A DNA stretch of 62,134 nucleotides from an uncultured Verrucomicrobiota bacterium (GTDB taxonomy: Bacteria; Verrucomicrobiota; Verrucomicrobiia; Limisphaerales; UBA1100): positions 1 to 62,134 of the forward strand of contig CACDBG010000004.1 in assembly GCA_902551155.1 (NCBI GenBank), in the 5' to 3' direction. A model generated the notes under the pieces. That model did no database searches. It was not told the origin of the DNA and saw nothing but the letters and a program-made list of their open reading frames with translations. Positions 50,361 through 60,008 of the stretch are shown here, one piece after another (position 1 is the stretch's first letter; each line of letters opens with the position of its first letter). The translations under genes were made by a program, and so were the position numbers.

Positions 50361-52454
50361 ATGAGCCGTGCCCCATCTCATTTTTTTAACCGAGAATTAA
50401 GTTGGTTGGAGTTCAACCAAAGGGTTATGGGGGAGGCGCTGGATAAAACCAACCCAATCCTCGAAAGACTAAAGTTTTTTTGTATTGCGAACTCTAATCT
50501 GGACGAATTTTTTGAAGTACGGATTGCCGGAATCAAACAGCAAGTTGAAGGCGGGGTAACCAAGCGCAGTCTTGATGGTCGCACTCCTCTAGAAATATAT
50601 AAGACCGCCACCTTGAGAATTCACCAGATGGTGGAAGATCTCTTTACTTGCTGGCAAGATAACCTACAACCCGAACTAGAAAAAAAAGGGTTTCATTTCC
50701 ATAAAATAGCTAGCATCTCCAATCAAAATAAACAGTGGCTAGATAAATACTTCATAAAAAAGGTACAACCCGTTCTAACCCCACTGGCAGTAGACCCCTC
50801 CAAGACATTTCCATTAATTCTAAATAAATCACTCAACGTTATTGCAAAAGTACAAAGTAAAAACACAAATGAATCAGCAGCACGACTTTGTATCGTTCAG
50901 GTTCCTCGGATCATCCCAAGGTTAGTACAATTACCTCATGGTAATTCAAATCATGAATATGTGTTTCTTGCTGATGTAATTTCCCATTACATCGGAAAAC
51001 TCTTCCCAGGCAACCAGATAGTAGACAGTTGGAGGTTTCGTGTTACAAGAAACAGCGAATTATATGTCGATGAAGAAGACGCAAACAACATTCTGAAGGC
51101 GGTTGAAAACGAACTGCGAAACCGACGAAAAGGAGATGCTGTACGCTTAGAGGTAGACCTAGATACTCCTGAAGATCTTGTATCTGAACTACTAGAAAAA
51201 TTGGAGCTCGCCCAAGAAGACCTCTATCGTATCAACGGCCCAGTTAACCCTGTTCACCTTAGCGGACTATTTGAGGGAGATCACTCGCCGGAATTGCGCA
51301 ATGATCACTTTATCCCAAAACCTTCTCCAACATTTCTCAGCTCAAAAACCATCTTTGAAACCATTAAGGCTCAAGATGTGCTTTTACATCATCCTTACGA
51401 AAGCTTTGAACATGTTGTCACCCTGCTTGAAGAGGCCGCCGAGGACCCGAAGGTTCTCGCCATCAAGCAGACACTCTATCGAACAGGAAAAGATCCAAGA
51501 ATTGTAAATGCACTTATACGAGCCGCCCAAAATGGCAAACAGGTTGCTGTGGTAATGGAGCTAAAGGCTCGCTTCGATGAAGCTAGCAACATCCGTTGGG
51601 CTCGCGAGCTCGAAGAAGCGGGAATACACGTGAGTTATGGCATTCTTGGATATAAAGTACACTGCAAGCTCTGTATGATCGTCCGTGAGGAAGATGATGG
51701 ACTGAATCGATATTTGCATTTAGCCACCGGCAATTATAATCCTGCTACGGCCAAGCTTTATACCGATTTCGGACTGATGACTTGCCAACCAGACTTTGGT
51801 GAAGATGTTGCTAGGGTTTTCAATTTACTTACTGGATTCTGTGAATTTGAGAAAACTGACAAGCTAATTGTGGCTCCATTCGATTTTCAGACTCGAATTC
51901 TGGAGCTAATCCATCGCGAAACCGAACACGCAAAAAGAAATAACCCAGCAAGAATCATCGCCAAGATGAATGCACTCGTGGATAAACCTGTGATTGAGGC
52001 GTTATACGCTGCTAGTCAGGCAGGGGTTAAAATCGATTTGATTGTTAGAGGAATTTGCTGCCTTCGTCCCGGCGTTCCAGAATTCAGTTCCAACATTACC
52101 GTACGGAGTATCGTCGACCGTTTTTTGGAGCATAGTCGTATCTACAGCTTTGCCAACGGAGGAAATAGTGAGGTCTTCATTGGCAGCGGCGATTGGATGC
52201 ATCGTAATTTCCACAAACGTATTGAAGTAGCCTTCCCCATAGAAGATGCTTCCCTAAAAAAACGTGTTCTTGATGAAGTATTACCCACTCACTTAAATGA
52301 CAATGTAAAAGCTCATCTTTTGCAGCCTGATGGTTCATATATACAGCTCTCTCCGGTCAAAGATGAAGGGTTTATACAAAGCCAATCTCAATTTATTGGC
52401 TCACGCCAAGGCAATAAGGATCCGCAGCCCCCTGAAAATCAAAACATTGCCTAG
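50361..52454 (+). CDS. ppk1: Polyphosphate kinase 1
   Basis: Motifs NRELSWLEFNQRV, NLDEFFEVR, LLHHPYESF, KQTLYR, ELKARFDE, KVHCK, TGNYN and RFLEHSR. Confidence 0.97.
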   Translation: MSRAPSHFFNRELSWLEFNQRVMGEALDKTNPILERLKFFCIANSNLDEFFEVRIAGIKQQVEGGVTKRSLDGRTPLEIYKTATLRIHQMVEDLFTCWQDNLQPELEKKGFHFHKIASISNQNKQWLDKYFIKKVQPVLTPLAVDPSKTFPLILNKSLNVIAKVQSKNTNESAARLCIVQVPRIIPRLVQLPHGNSNHEYVFLADVISHYIGKLFPGNQIVDSWRFRVTRNSELYVDEEDANNILKAVENELRNRRKGDAVRLEVDLDTPEDLVSELLEKLELAQEDLYRINGPVNPVHLSGLFEGDHSPELRNDHFIPKPSPTFLSSKTIFETIKAQDVLLHHPYESFEHVVTLLEEAAEDPKVLAIKQTLYRTGKDPRIVNALIRAAQNGKQVAVVMELKARFDEASNIRWARELEEAGIHVSYGILGYKVHCKLCMIVREEDDGLNRYLHLATGNYNPATAKLYTDFGLMTCQPDFGEDVARVFNLLTGFCEFEKTDKLIVAPFDFQTRILELIHRETEHAKRNNPARIIAKMNALVDKPVIEALYAASQAGVKIDLIVRGICCLRPGVPEFSSNITVRSIVDRFLEHSRIYSFANGGNSEVFIGSGDWMHRNFHKRIEVAFPIEDASLKKRVLDEVLPTHLNDNVKAHLLQPDGSYIQLSPVKDEGFIQSQSQFIGSRQGNKDPQPPENQNIA

Positions 52455-53485
52455 CGCTTGATTTTTTTCGCCCTTTTTGTGGTCTTTTTCTTAGCCTTCC
52501 CTCTCGGAGATCGTCTCTGCTCATCTCTGGCTAAAATAGCGGCACCGTGGATTCCCCCATCATCACCCAACTTGCTAACTTGAATGTGAATTCCTTCCAT
52601 GGTTCCCGGTAAAACATGTGCCTCCACTGTTTTCCTAATAACCGGTAACATTTCTTTATGTAGTGCCTCAATAACCCCTCCATTTAGCACCACATACTCC
52701 GGCCCAAAAGCACTAACTATGGCGGCAATTCCAATACCAGTGTCCTGGGCGGCCTGTTTGACAATTCGCTTTATCAGCGGATCTTGCTCATCCGAAGCCA
52801 TTCGTAAGTGTCTGCTTCGAACTCCTACAAGATGAGGGCCTAGCTCATCTTGAAGCATTGTCTTCTCCCCTTCGAGAACCGCCTTGCGTAATGCGCGCAC
52901 AATGCCCGTCCGGCTGGCAAGCGACTCCAAACTTCCTCTAAAACTGTGCGCGGTTTTGAGGCCATTCTTATCAATAGTAATTTGTCCAAATTCTCCAGCC
53001 GCAAAGTTATGCCCCCGGAATAATTCTCCATTAATAATCAGCCCCCCTCCAAAACCCGTGCCAAGAAAAGCCCCCGCCATGGTGCTGGGTTTACTACGGT
53101 ATTCCACGCGATGAATTCCGAGAGTAAAAAGATTACAGTCATTGTCGACAACCACAGGCACGCGAAAGCGGCGGCGAAGAATGGATTGAATGGAAACTTC
53201 ATCCCAATGAAGATTATAGGCATTATAAACCCGCCCCTTGATCACTACACCAGGAACCCCTAACCCCACTCCTCGAATATTGGCCATTCGCAAGCCATTA
53301 TCTGCCACCAATTCACGAGCCGCACGCACGATGCGATCTATGACAACATCCCCTCCGCGTCCTGCCTTCGTTTTAATTTTCCATTTGGCCTGAAGATTAA
53401 GCGATTTATCGAAGAGCCCTGCAAGAATCTTGGTTCCTCCTACATCAATTCCCAGATAGTAATTCCCTGTAGATTTGACGGCCAT
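52451..53485 (-). CDS. ROK family protein (sugar-kinase-like)
   Basis: Motifs GIDVGGTKI, GLGVPG, DNDCN, LGTGFGGG and AGEFG. The Cys-rich zinc motif is absent and the C-terminal tail is basic. Confidence 0.85.
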   Translation of the reverse strand: MAVKSTGNYYLGIDVGGTKILAGLFDKSLNLQAKWKIKTKAGRGGDVVIDRIVRAARELVADNGLRMANIRGVGLGVPGVVIKGRVYNAYNLHWDEVSIQSILRRRFRVPVVVDNDCNLFTLGIHRVEYRSKPSTMAGAFLGTGFGGGLIINGELFRGHNFAAGEFGQITIDKNGLKTAHSFRGSLESLASRTGIVRALRKAVLEGEKTMLQDELGPHLVGVRSRHLRMASDEQDPLIKRIVKQAAQDTGIGIAAIVSAFGPEYVVLNGGVIEALHKEMLPVIRKTVEAHVLPGTMEGIHIQVSKLGDDGGIHGAAILARDEQRRSPRGKAKKKTTKRAKKIKR

Positions 53486-53558
53486 CTACACGAGATAAAA
53501 GTAGCCTAAAAGACCAACGTCAACGGCCAGTTATCCGCAAACGCAATAGGGAAAGCCC

Positions 53559-56500
53559 TTATCGTTCCTGGATCATTGGAGCCTCGAAAGAAGCTATAGA
53601 AGCTCCGTTAACTCCATTCCATATACGCAATACAGCATCTGCGCCACCGGCAGCCACGATATTTCCATCAGCTGAAATAGCCCCAGAATAAACGTAATCG
53701 GTTGACCCTGAAAAATCGCGTATATTTTTCGGAGTTCCCATCGGAATACTAACCCTGCGAACTCGATTGTCGCCAGCAGTAACCACTGCATTATCTGAGT
53801 ATCCCACGAATTGAATGGATGTTACCTCTTTACTTCCCACGCCAAACTTTCCGGCTCGTTCACCGGTCACTACATTCCACACTTTAATTTCATTGTCAGC
53901 CCCTACGCTCGCCAGAACCCGACCATTGTATTGCCATGCAACTCCAAGAACATGGTGAGTATGTCCTTCAAAAGAATGGAGAATTTTGCCATCAGCCAAA
54001 TTAACTATCTTAGCAAATTTATCGGCTCCTCCACTAGCAATCTGTGTACCTCCAGCATTAAACTGTAACCCCATCACTGTATCACTGTGAACTTCTAGGA
54101 GATTCTTTGTAAGCTTACCATCAGCCACATTAAAGACATGAACTGTTCCGCTACGACTAGGCTCACCGCTCCCCGCCGCTAATTGTTTGCCATCGTAACT
54201 GAAGCTCAATGCGGTAGCCCGATCGACAATCGGAGAATCTACCCTTCCTGTTCCCAGTGTTCGTTCCAACTTCCATTCATCGGCTAGGCTCCAAACTTTT
54301 GCAGTTTTATCCCTGCTAACCGAAATCAATTGTCCGGAAGGGTTTATCCCCAGCCCATTGACTGCCCCATTATGCCCGCTAACGCTTTTAATCTGCTTAC
54401 CCTCAGCTGTATTCCAAATATAAATGGTGTTGTCCGTCGATCCTGTAACCAGCCTCTTGCTATCTGCCGAAAAGGTAATCGCAACCGTCGGTGCGGTCGC
54501 TTTAGCTAAAGCATCCTTCGCTAATTGCACTGCGCTATCGGCATCGGCTTGCAGCTTGTCCGCCCCAGCTTTCTGCGCTTCAGCCTCCTTCTTTGCCGAC
54601 TCCGCTTTTACCAATGCTTCTTTGGATAGCTTGGCTTCGTTAGCCGCCTGTTGCCGAGGCTCTTCGAGCTTTTTATGCTCACCCTCAGCTGCAGTAACTT
54701 TCTTAACCGCTTCGTCTAGGGTTTTTTTAGCAGCCACCTGTTGTTTGTTTAATTCATCACGTTTCTTCTGTGCTTCAGAAGCTAACTTGCGTTTTTCAGC
54801 CGACACTTTGGCCGCCGCATCAACCCGTGCCTTTACTTTATCTGCCATAGGCTTTGCTGCTGCTGCTGTCTTCGCCGCCGCTGCCGCCGCTTTATTAGCG
54901 GTATCAAATACTTTTTGTGCAGCACTTACTTGGCCTTTTACTGTAATCACAGTGGCATCTGCAGCTTTCTGTGCTGCTTGTGCTTGTTTCCATGCATTGG
55001 CAGCCGCGGCCACGGCGGCCCCTGCCGCCTTGTCATTTGCTTGCGCCTGTGCCAATTCTGTCCTCACTGTATTTGCTATATTCCGTTTTTCAAAAGCCGC
55101 TTTGGATGCCGCTTCTTTTTCTTCAGGGGTTTTATTTGGATCTTCCGCTGTCTTCCTAGAGTTTTCTTCAGCAACTTTCGCTGCGTTATCTGCTTCGGTA
55201 AATTTTTTCAGAATGCCTGCCGCTGCCGTTCTCGCCGCAACCAGCCCTTTATCTGCGGCAGCTTTTGCAGTCGCAGCAGTACTAACTGCCGTTTTTGCTT
55301 TTGCTGCTTTAAGCTCTGCAGATTTCAGCTGTGTTTGTCCTAGGTTATCTAATTTCTTTTTTGCTGTCGCTGCCGCAGCCATCTTTGTTTTTGCGACCTT
55401 ATCTTTATTGGTAAAATCTGCCACCGGAGCTCTCGACGCATCAATAGCCTTTTTGGTAACGGCCTCAGCCTCCTTAGCGGCCTTATCCTGTTCTTCAAAA
55501 GTCTTTAGGATGGCATCATAGTCCGCCTTGAGTTTGGTGTATCTTTTTTCCTCGCTCTTTTTCGTAGCTTCGGCTTCATCAAAAGCCTTTTTCTTTTCAG
55601 CAATCGGCATTGCTTCGGCTTTCTTAAGTGCTTCATTCGCTTTCTTCACCCGATCATCAGCTTTTTTATGATTATCCGTTTTAGTTTTTAGATTTGCTAT
55701 GTAATAAGTCACTTCAGCTTTAGCGTAAGCGGCAAAACGATCTTTATTTGCTGAAGCTTCCATCATCTTTCGATTGCCCTTTAGATCTGCAACCAATTTG
55801 CCATCAGCCGCATTGAAAAGTCGCGCATTCTTATCCTTCAACACACAAGCAAAGCGTTTACCATCCGGGCTTGCAGCAACTGCAGCAATAGCCCCTCCAG
55901 CCGCGATTTGGCGCACCATTTTGAAACCATTAATATCCCAATGACGGAGAGTGCTGTCGCCCGCGCCTGAGATCAACTGTGTCGACGCACTGCTCAACGG
56001 AGCCAGAGCTGTTACCGCCGCAGCGTGCCCCTTCAGCTCGCCGGCAATCACAAGCTTATCTGTAACATTGTAAATTGTGATAAGATTGGTCTCCCGTGCA
56101 ACAGCCAATTGCTTGCCTTCTGCGACAAAGATAACGGCATTAATTTTTATTGGAGGCACCCCAAAAGGTTTTTCTCCCTCCTTAGGTGGAACAGGTGGGT
56201 CTATAGTAAAGGATTTACCATCAGCTACATTCCACACCAATAATCCTCCATCTTCAGCACCTGCGGCTACTTGAGCACTGTCAGGAGAAAAGGCAACCGA
56301 GGTCGCTGCTCCTTTTAGTCCTGATAATCCTTTAAGGGCATTCCCTTTAACCATATCATAGACCTTAATTAAATTTCCTTCAGCTAATGCCAACCATTTG
56401 CCATCGGGGCTTACTGCATGAATACCCTTATCAGAACCAAGGGTAAATGACTTGGCGGCGTTAATGGGCTGCCTGCGCCAGAGTTTTACTTCTCGATATC

Positions 56501-57155
56501 CACCGCTTGCGAGCAGATCTCCGGTTGGATTAAAAGTCAACGAATGAACCAGATCCTGATGGCTAACTCCCTCCTTGTATTTTCCATCTTTAATCAACTC
56601 TGGATCAGTCAATCGCGTGACCAGCGACTTGCTTGGAATATGATAAATAAATATTTGATTTGCCCGGCCTGCTGCAGCGTATTGTCCGTCAGGTGAAACT
56701 GAAACAGAATAAATTGGGTTTAACCCTGGAGGAAGAGGCTGCCATTCAACCTTTCGGGCTGAACGAATTTCGCCCTTTGCGCCTTGCTCAATCCACAGTT
56801 TAAGCAGGGCCAATTCCTGAGGGCTTAGGTCTTTGGCCGAAGCTTTATTTTCTTTTGGAGGCATGACGGGGTCCTCAAGATGCGCTGCACTTTGAAACAG
56901 CAGGCTTTCCGCCGGCTTCCCGGGAACAACAATATCCGCTTCAGCGATGTCCTTAGGTGTTTCGAGGATAACATCGGCCTTTGATTTAGTTTGGTTATGG
57001 CACGCCAAGCAATTTGCACGAAAGATTGGCAGAATTTCATTCTGAAAATCAACCGGCGTCTTCCGGGCTAGGCTGGCGATCGGCAGGCCGGCGGCCTCCG
57101 CAGCCATTAAGGAAGAAAGAAACAATAAAATAAGGGAGACAAATTTAGTGATCAT
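53559..57155 (-). CDS. Secreted protein with a planctomycete-type cytochrome c domain, WD40 repeats and a long Ala/Lys coiled coil
   Basis: Signal peptide; VDF..EI.PIF..NCLACH...MPP...WIEQGA; multiple GH...WD/WN repeats; an AK-rich central region of about 400 aa. Confidence 0.85.
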   Translation of the reverse strand: MITKFVSLILLFLSSLMAAEAAGLPIASLARKTPVDFQNEILPIFRANCLACHNQTKSKADVILETPKDIAEADIVVPGKPAESLLFQSAAHLEDPVMPPKENKASAKDLSPQELALLKLWIEQGAKGEIRSARKVEWQPLPPGLNPIYSVSVSPDGQYAAAGRANQIFIYHIPSKSLVTRLTDPELIKDGKYKEGVSHQDLVHSLTFNPTGDLLASGGYREVKLWRRQPINAAKSFTLGSDKGIHAVSPDGKWLALAEGNLIKVYDMVKGNALKGLSGLKGAATSVAFSPDSAQVAAGAEDGGLLVWNVADGKSFTIDPPVPPKEGEKPFGVPPIKINAVIFVAEGKQLAVARETNLITIYNVTDKLVIAGELKGHAAAVTALAPLSSASTQLISGAGDSTLRHWDINGFKMVRQIAAGGAIAAVAASPDGKRFACVLKDKNARLFNAADGKLVADLKGNRKMMEASANKDRFAAYAKAEVTYYIANLKTKTDNHKKADDRVKKANEALKKAEAMPIAEKKKAFDEAEATKKSEEKRYTKLKADYDAILKTFEEQDKAAKEAEAVTKKAIDASRAPVADFTNKDKVAKTKMAAAATAKKKLDNLGQTQLKSAELKAAKAKTAVSTAATAKAAADKGLVAARTAAAGILKKFTEADNAAKVAEENSRKTAEDPNKTPEEKEAASKAAFEKRNIANTVRTELAQAQANDKAAGAAVAAAANAWKQAQAAQKAADATVITVKGQVSAAQKVFDTANKAAAAAAKTAAAAKPMADKVKARVDAAAKVSAEKRKLASEAQKKRDELNKQQVAAKKTLDEAVKKVTAAEGEHKKLEEPRQQAANEAKLSKEALVKAESAKKEAEAQKAGADKLQADADSAVQLAKDALAKATAPTVAITFSADSKRLVTGSTDNTIYIWNTAEGKQIKSVSGHNGAVNGLGINPSGQLISVSRDKTAKVWSLADEWKLERTLGTGRVDSPIVDRATALSFSYDGKQLAAGSGEPSRSGTVHVFNVADGKLTKNLLEVHSDTVMGLQFNAGGTQIASGGADKFAKIVNLADGKILHSFEGHTHHVLGVAWQYNGRVLASVGADNEIKVWNVVTGERAGKFGVGSKEVTSIQFVGYSDNAVVTAGDNRVRRVSIPMGTPKNIRDFSGSTDYVYSGAISADGNIVAAGGADAVLRIWNGVNGASIASFEAPMIQER

Positions 57156-57162
57156 TTTGAAT

Positions 57163-59880
57163 TTACGGGGCTGTAGTCACCTTAATTGAAACCGGTTGTT
57201 TAACAGTGATGTTTTGTTTGTTAAGAGTCATCTTTGCAGTAATTTCAAATTTATAATCACCTGGCTTAACGTCCTTGGCTGCCGTAAAGATTAACTTTCC
57301 ACTACTCTGATCCTTCAAGATTTTACCATTGCCAACACTTATGCCACTAGCTGTCTTGGAGCTAATGGTGATCTCGTCCTTAAACCCGTACTTTCTGGCA
57401 GCATCCACTACTACTTCCGCTTTCTCACCAGCCTTTACAGAAGCAGCTTTGATGGGCTTAAGGTCAATCGGTGCTGGAGTCACTTTCACTCGAATAGGGG
57501 CACTAAAGAAAGTAGCTGTAACGTCCCCAGCCTTGTTTCCTCCAGTAAGTTTCTTGACCAAAGCATCCGCTGACTTCTTGGCAGTCGCCGCCTCATCGCT
57601 CTTCTTCTTAGCGTCCGCTTTCTCTTCGGCTTTTGCTTCCTTATTTTTGGTAATCTCATCAGAAGATTTTTTGGCATCTTTTGCAATCTTGTCAGCAGCA
57701 ACGGCTGCGTCTTTGGCTTTTTTTAGCTCAGCATCACTTACACGCTTATATTTACCTTTTACCTGTGAGCGGAAATATAGCGTGTAATCTCCTGCACCCA
57801 ATTTGTACGTAACAAGGTTTAGATCAATATTTGCCTCAGTCTTATCCTTTCCAACCTTTACGGCCTTGAATTTTGCTACCGTGGGATGCCCGACAAGTAC
57901 TATGTTTTTATCTACACTCTTAAAGCCCGGATCAAATGCAATATTGATAGGAATCTTAATGTTACCAAAAACCGAATGCTCCCAAACCTTCTCTTCCTTG
58001 GCTTTTATCGTAAGGGGAACCTTTTCACGATCGGTTACCGTCACCAGCATACCTCCGGTAAGGCGCGCGCGAACCTTAGATTTTTTCGACTGAGTATCAT
58101 AAATAACAGCGGTGACATCAGCCGTACGCGCCTGATGCGTAATGACTTTTCCATTAACCATCGCTTTTCCAGACACATTCACGTTGCCTGACCAAGATCC
58201 CGCATCATCCTTGGCTGCAAGCAAAACCAAGGCAGAATTTTGACCCGAATAAATCGTCGCCTTGCTTGCAGAAATATGATCAGGCAACCCTTCCAAATTT
58301 ATTTCAATAGGCTCGTTGAATCCATCCCGCTTAAAGGCCATCACCTTAACTGGCAACACCTGTCCGCGCCGTAGGAATGCCGTAGGAATAGGCAACGCCT
58401 TGTTTGGCATCGCCGGCGGACCTTCCACCATTGCAACCAAACGAAAATCCGGGGCTTCCTTGCGAATAGAAAGCCGGTACAGACTATTGGCTGCTCCCTG
58501 ATTATACATATCATATGTCACCAAACGGTAAGTGCCATCCTCAGGAACAGAAAAACGGAATGTTGGATCTACAGACGTAGTGTTAAAAGCGGTGCCTCCA
58601 ATATTGACCGGGCTTTCAGTGACTTCTTTAACTGTACTTACTTTTTCTTCGCCCTTGCCACTCTTTGTTACTCGCTCAACTCGAAAGTAAGGATTTGTCG
58701 GAGCACCCAATCGGTCACTCACAACCTCCACCCAGTAAACATCTCCTTTTTTGGCGTCAAACGTCACCCAATCTCGATCACGGCGCGGATAAAATAGTCC
58801 CGCGTAATCACACGGCACAGGAATTTTCTGCGCCTCCGCAGCCTTTTCATTAGGTGCCGCTACCTCGGCAATGACTGGAGCATCTGAAAAGAAAATTCGA
58901 ACCGGATTTGAGCTCCCCTTGGAGCTCGGCAAACGATATTCAATCCCATCAAAGCCAGCCTGATTGGGCCCAACAGGAGAAGTCCCTGCCAAGCTTATCC
59001 TGGATTTGGCATCTCCGGGAAGATTGATGGTCACTTCTTGTTTTTGCAAAGGCTTCCCTTCAAGGACCATGCCGCTATCGACTCCTCCAGGGAGATTGCG
59101 CCCATACAATGTAAACTTCCCCGACTTGCCTGGCTCACCCGCAGGAGGAATCACAAAATCAATATGCGGACGCTCAGCAATGGATAACCTGTAAACATGC
59201 CCTGCTCCCCCTCCATAAATAAAATCATGCAACCCTATGTAATAGTCTCCATCTGCTACAGGGGTGAAATCAATCGGCTCACCTGAACGACTGCGTTCCA
59301 ACTCCAAGCCGCTAGAGCTCTTTACGATAAGGACAGGCTCAAGTTTAGAGTCCAATTCTCGAGCTAGGCAGCTAACGATTACCCTCTGCCCTTTTTTAAG
59401 GCCGACCTTATAGTAGGCATAATTTCGTGAAGGAGCCTGCCCATTGACAATTGTGCCTAGCTTTACTTCCGCTGCGTTCTCCAACCCCGTACCGCCATTG
59501 GACACAATCTCAGGCAAATCGCCCACTGCAAAAGAACGCACATTGGTAACCCCAAACCGTCCACCGCTCACCCGGACATCGTGAAAACCAACCGGAACAT
59601 TCTTGGCAATTGTGACGTTATATTGATTTAACACAGGCACTCCCGAACCATCTAGTTTCTGTTTAGCCGTGATGCCTGGATGAGAAAATGTGAGCTTATT
59701 TGAATCATCCAGATCGCCTCCTGAAACGCTCACATCCAAAGTACCACCTTGTTTCCCGCCGGCTGGGAACACACTGCTCAGGGTGGCGCGTGGCAGTTGC
59801 TGAGCGGCGACATGCGATAAAGCTCCGAGAAAAAGTGAGAGAAAAGCAAAACCTGCTAGAGGGGGGGAGAAATTTTTCAT
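57163..59880 (-). CDS. Secreted PPC (pre-peptidase C-terminal)-domain protein, PVC-typical
   Basis: Signal peptide; motifs VFPAGGKQG, D.D...F.AKKG and DG.Y.L...D....G.....YRL.I; Ig-like C-terminal units. No protease catalytic motif recognised. Confidence 0.72.
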   Translation of the reverse strand: MKNFSPPLAGFAFLSLFLGALSHVAAQQLPRATLSSVFPAGGKQGGTLDVSVSGGDLDDSNKLTFSHPGITAKQKLDGSGVPVLNQYNVTIAKNVPVGFHDVRVSGGRFGVTNVRSFAVGDLPEIVSNGGTGLENAAEVKLGTIVNGQAPSRNYAYYKVGLKKGQRVIVSCLARELDSKLEPVLIVKSSSGLELERSRSGEPIDFTPVADGDYYIGLHDFIYGGGAGHVYRLSIAERPHIDFVIPPAGEPGKSGKFTLYGRNLPGGVDSGMVLEGKPLQKQEVTINLPGDAKSRISLAGTSPVGPNQAGFDGIEYRLPSSKGSSNPVRIFFSDAPVIAEVAAPNEKAAEAQKIPVPCDYAGLFYPRRDRDWVTFDAKKGDVYWVEVVSDRLGAPTNPYFRVERVTKSGKGEEKVSTVKEVTESPVNIGGTAFNTTSVDPTFRFSVPEDGTYRLVTYDMYNQGAANSLYRLSIRKEAPDFRLVAMVEGPPAMPNKALPIPTAFLRRGQVLPVKVMAFKRDGFNEPIEINLEGLPDHISASKATIYSGQNSALVLLAAKDDAGSWSGNVNVSGKAMVNGKVITHQARTADVTAVIYDTQSKKSKVRARLTGGMLVTVTDREKVPLTIKAKEEKVWEHSVFGNIKIPINIAFDPGFKSVDKNIVLVGHPTVAKFKAVKVGKDKTEANIDLNLVTYKLGAGDYTLYFRSQVKGKYKRVSDAELKKAKDAAVAADKIAKDAKKSSDEITKNKEAKAEEKADAKKKSDEAATAKKSADALVKKLTGGNKAGDVTATFFSAPIRVKVTPAPIDLKPIKAASVKAGEKAEVVVDAARKYGFKDEITISSKTASGISVGNGKILKDQSSGKLIFTAAKDVKPGDYKFEITAKMTLNKQNITVKQPVSIKVTTAP

Positions 59881-60008
59881 CGGTCTACTAAATTATATCT
59901 ATGGTAAGGGTTTAATTGCTAATCAAAATTGCATTAAAAAAGTTCTTCAATTGAGTCACCATACGGCAACACTGGATTCGAGCGGCCAAACAATTCAGAT
60001 CCTCTTAT

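Noticed and set aside
54424-55521. 365-aa plus-strand ORF
   Set aside because: It is the antisense shadow of the Ala/Lys coiled-coil region of the WD40 gene, with low-complexity A/F/L/S content and no independent features.
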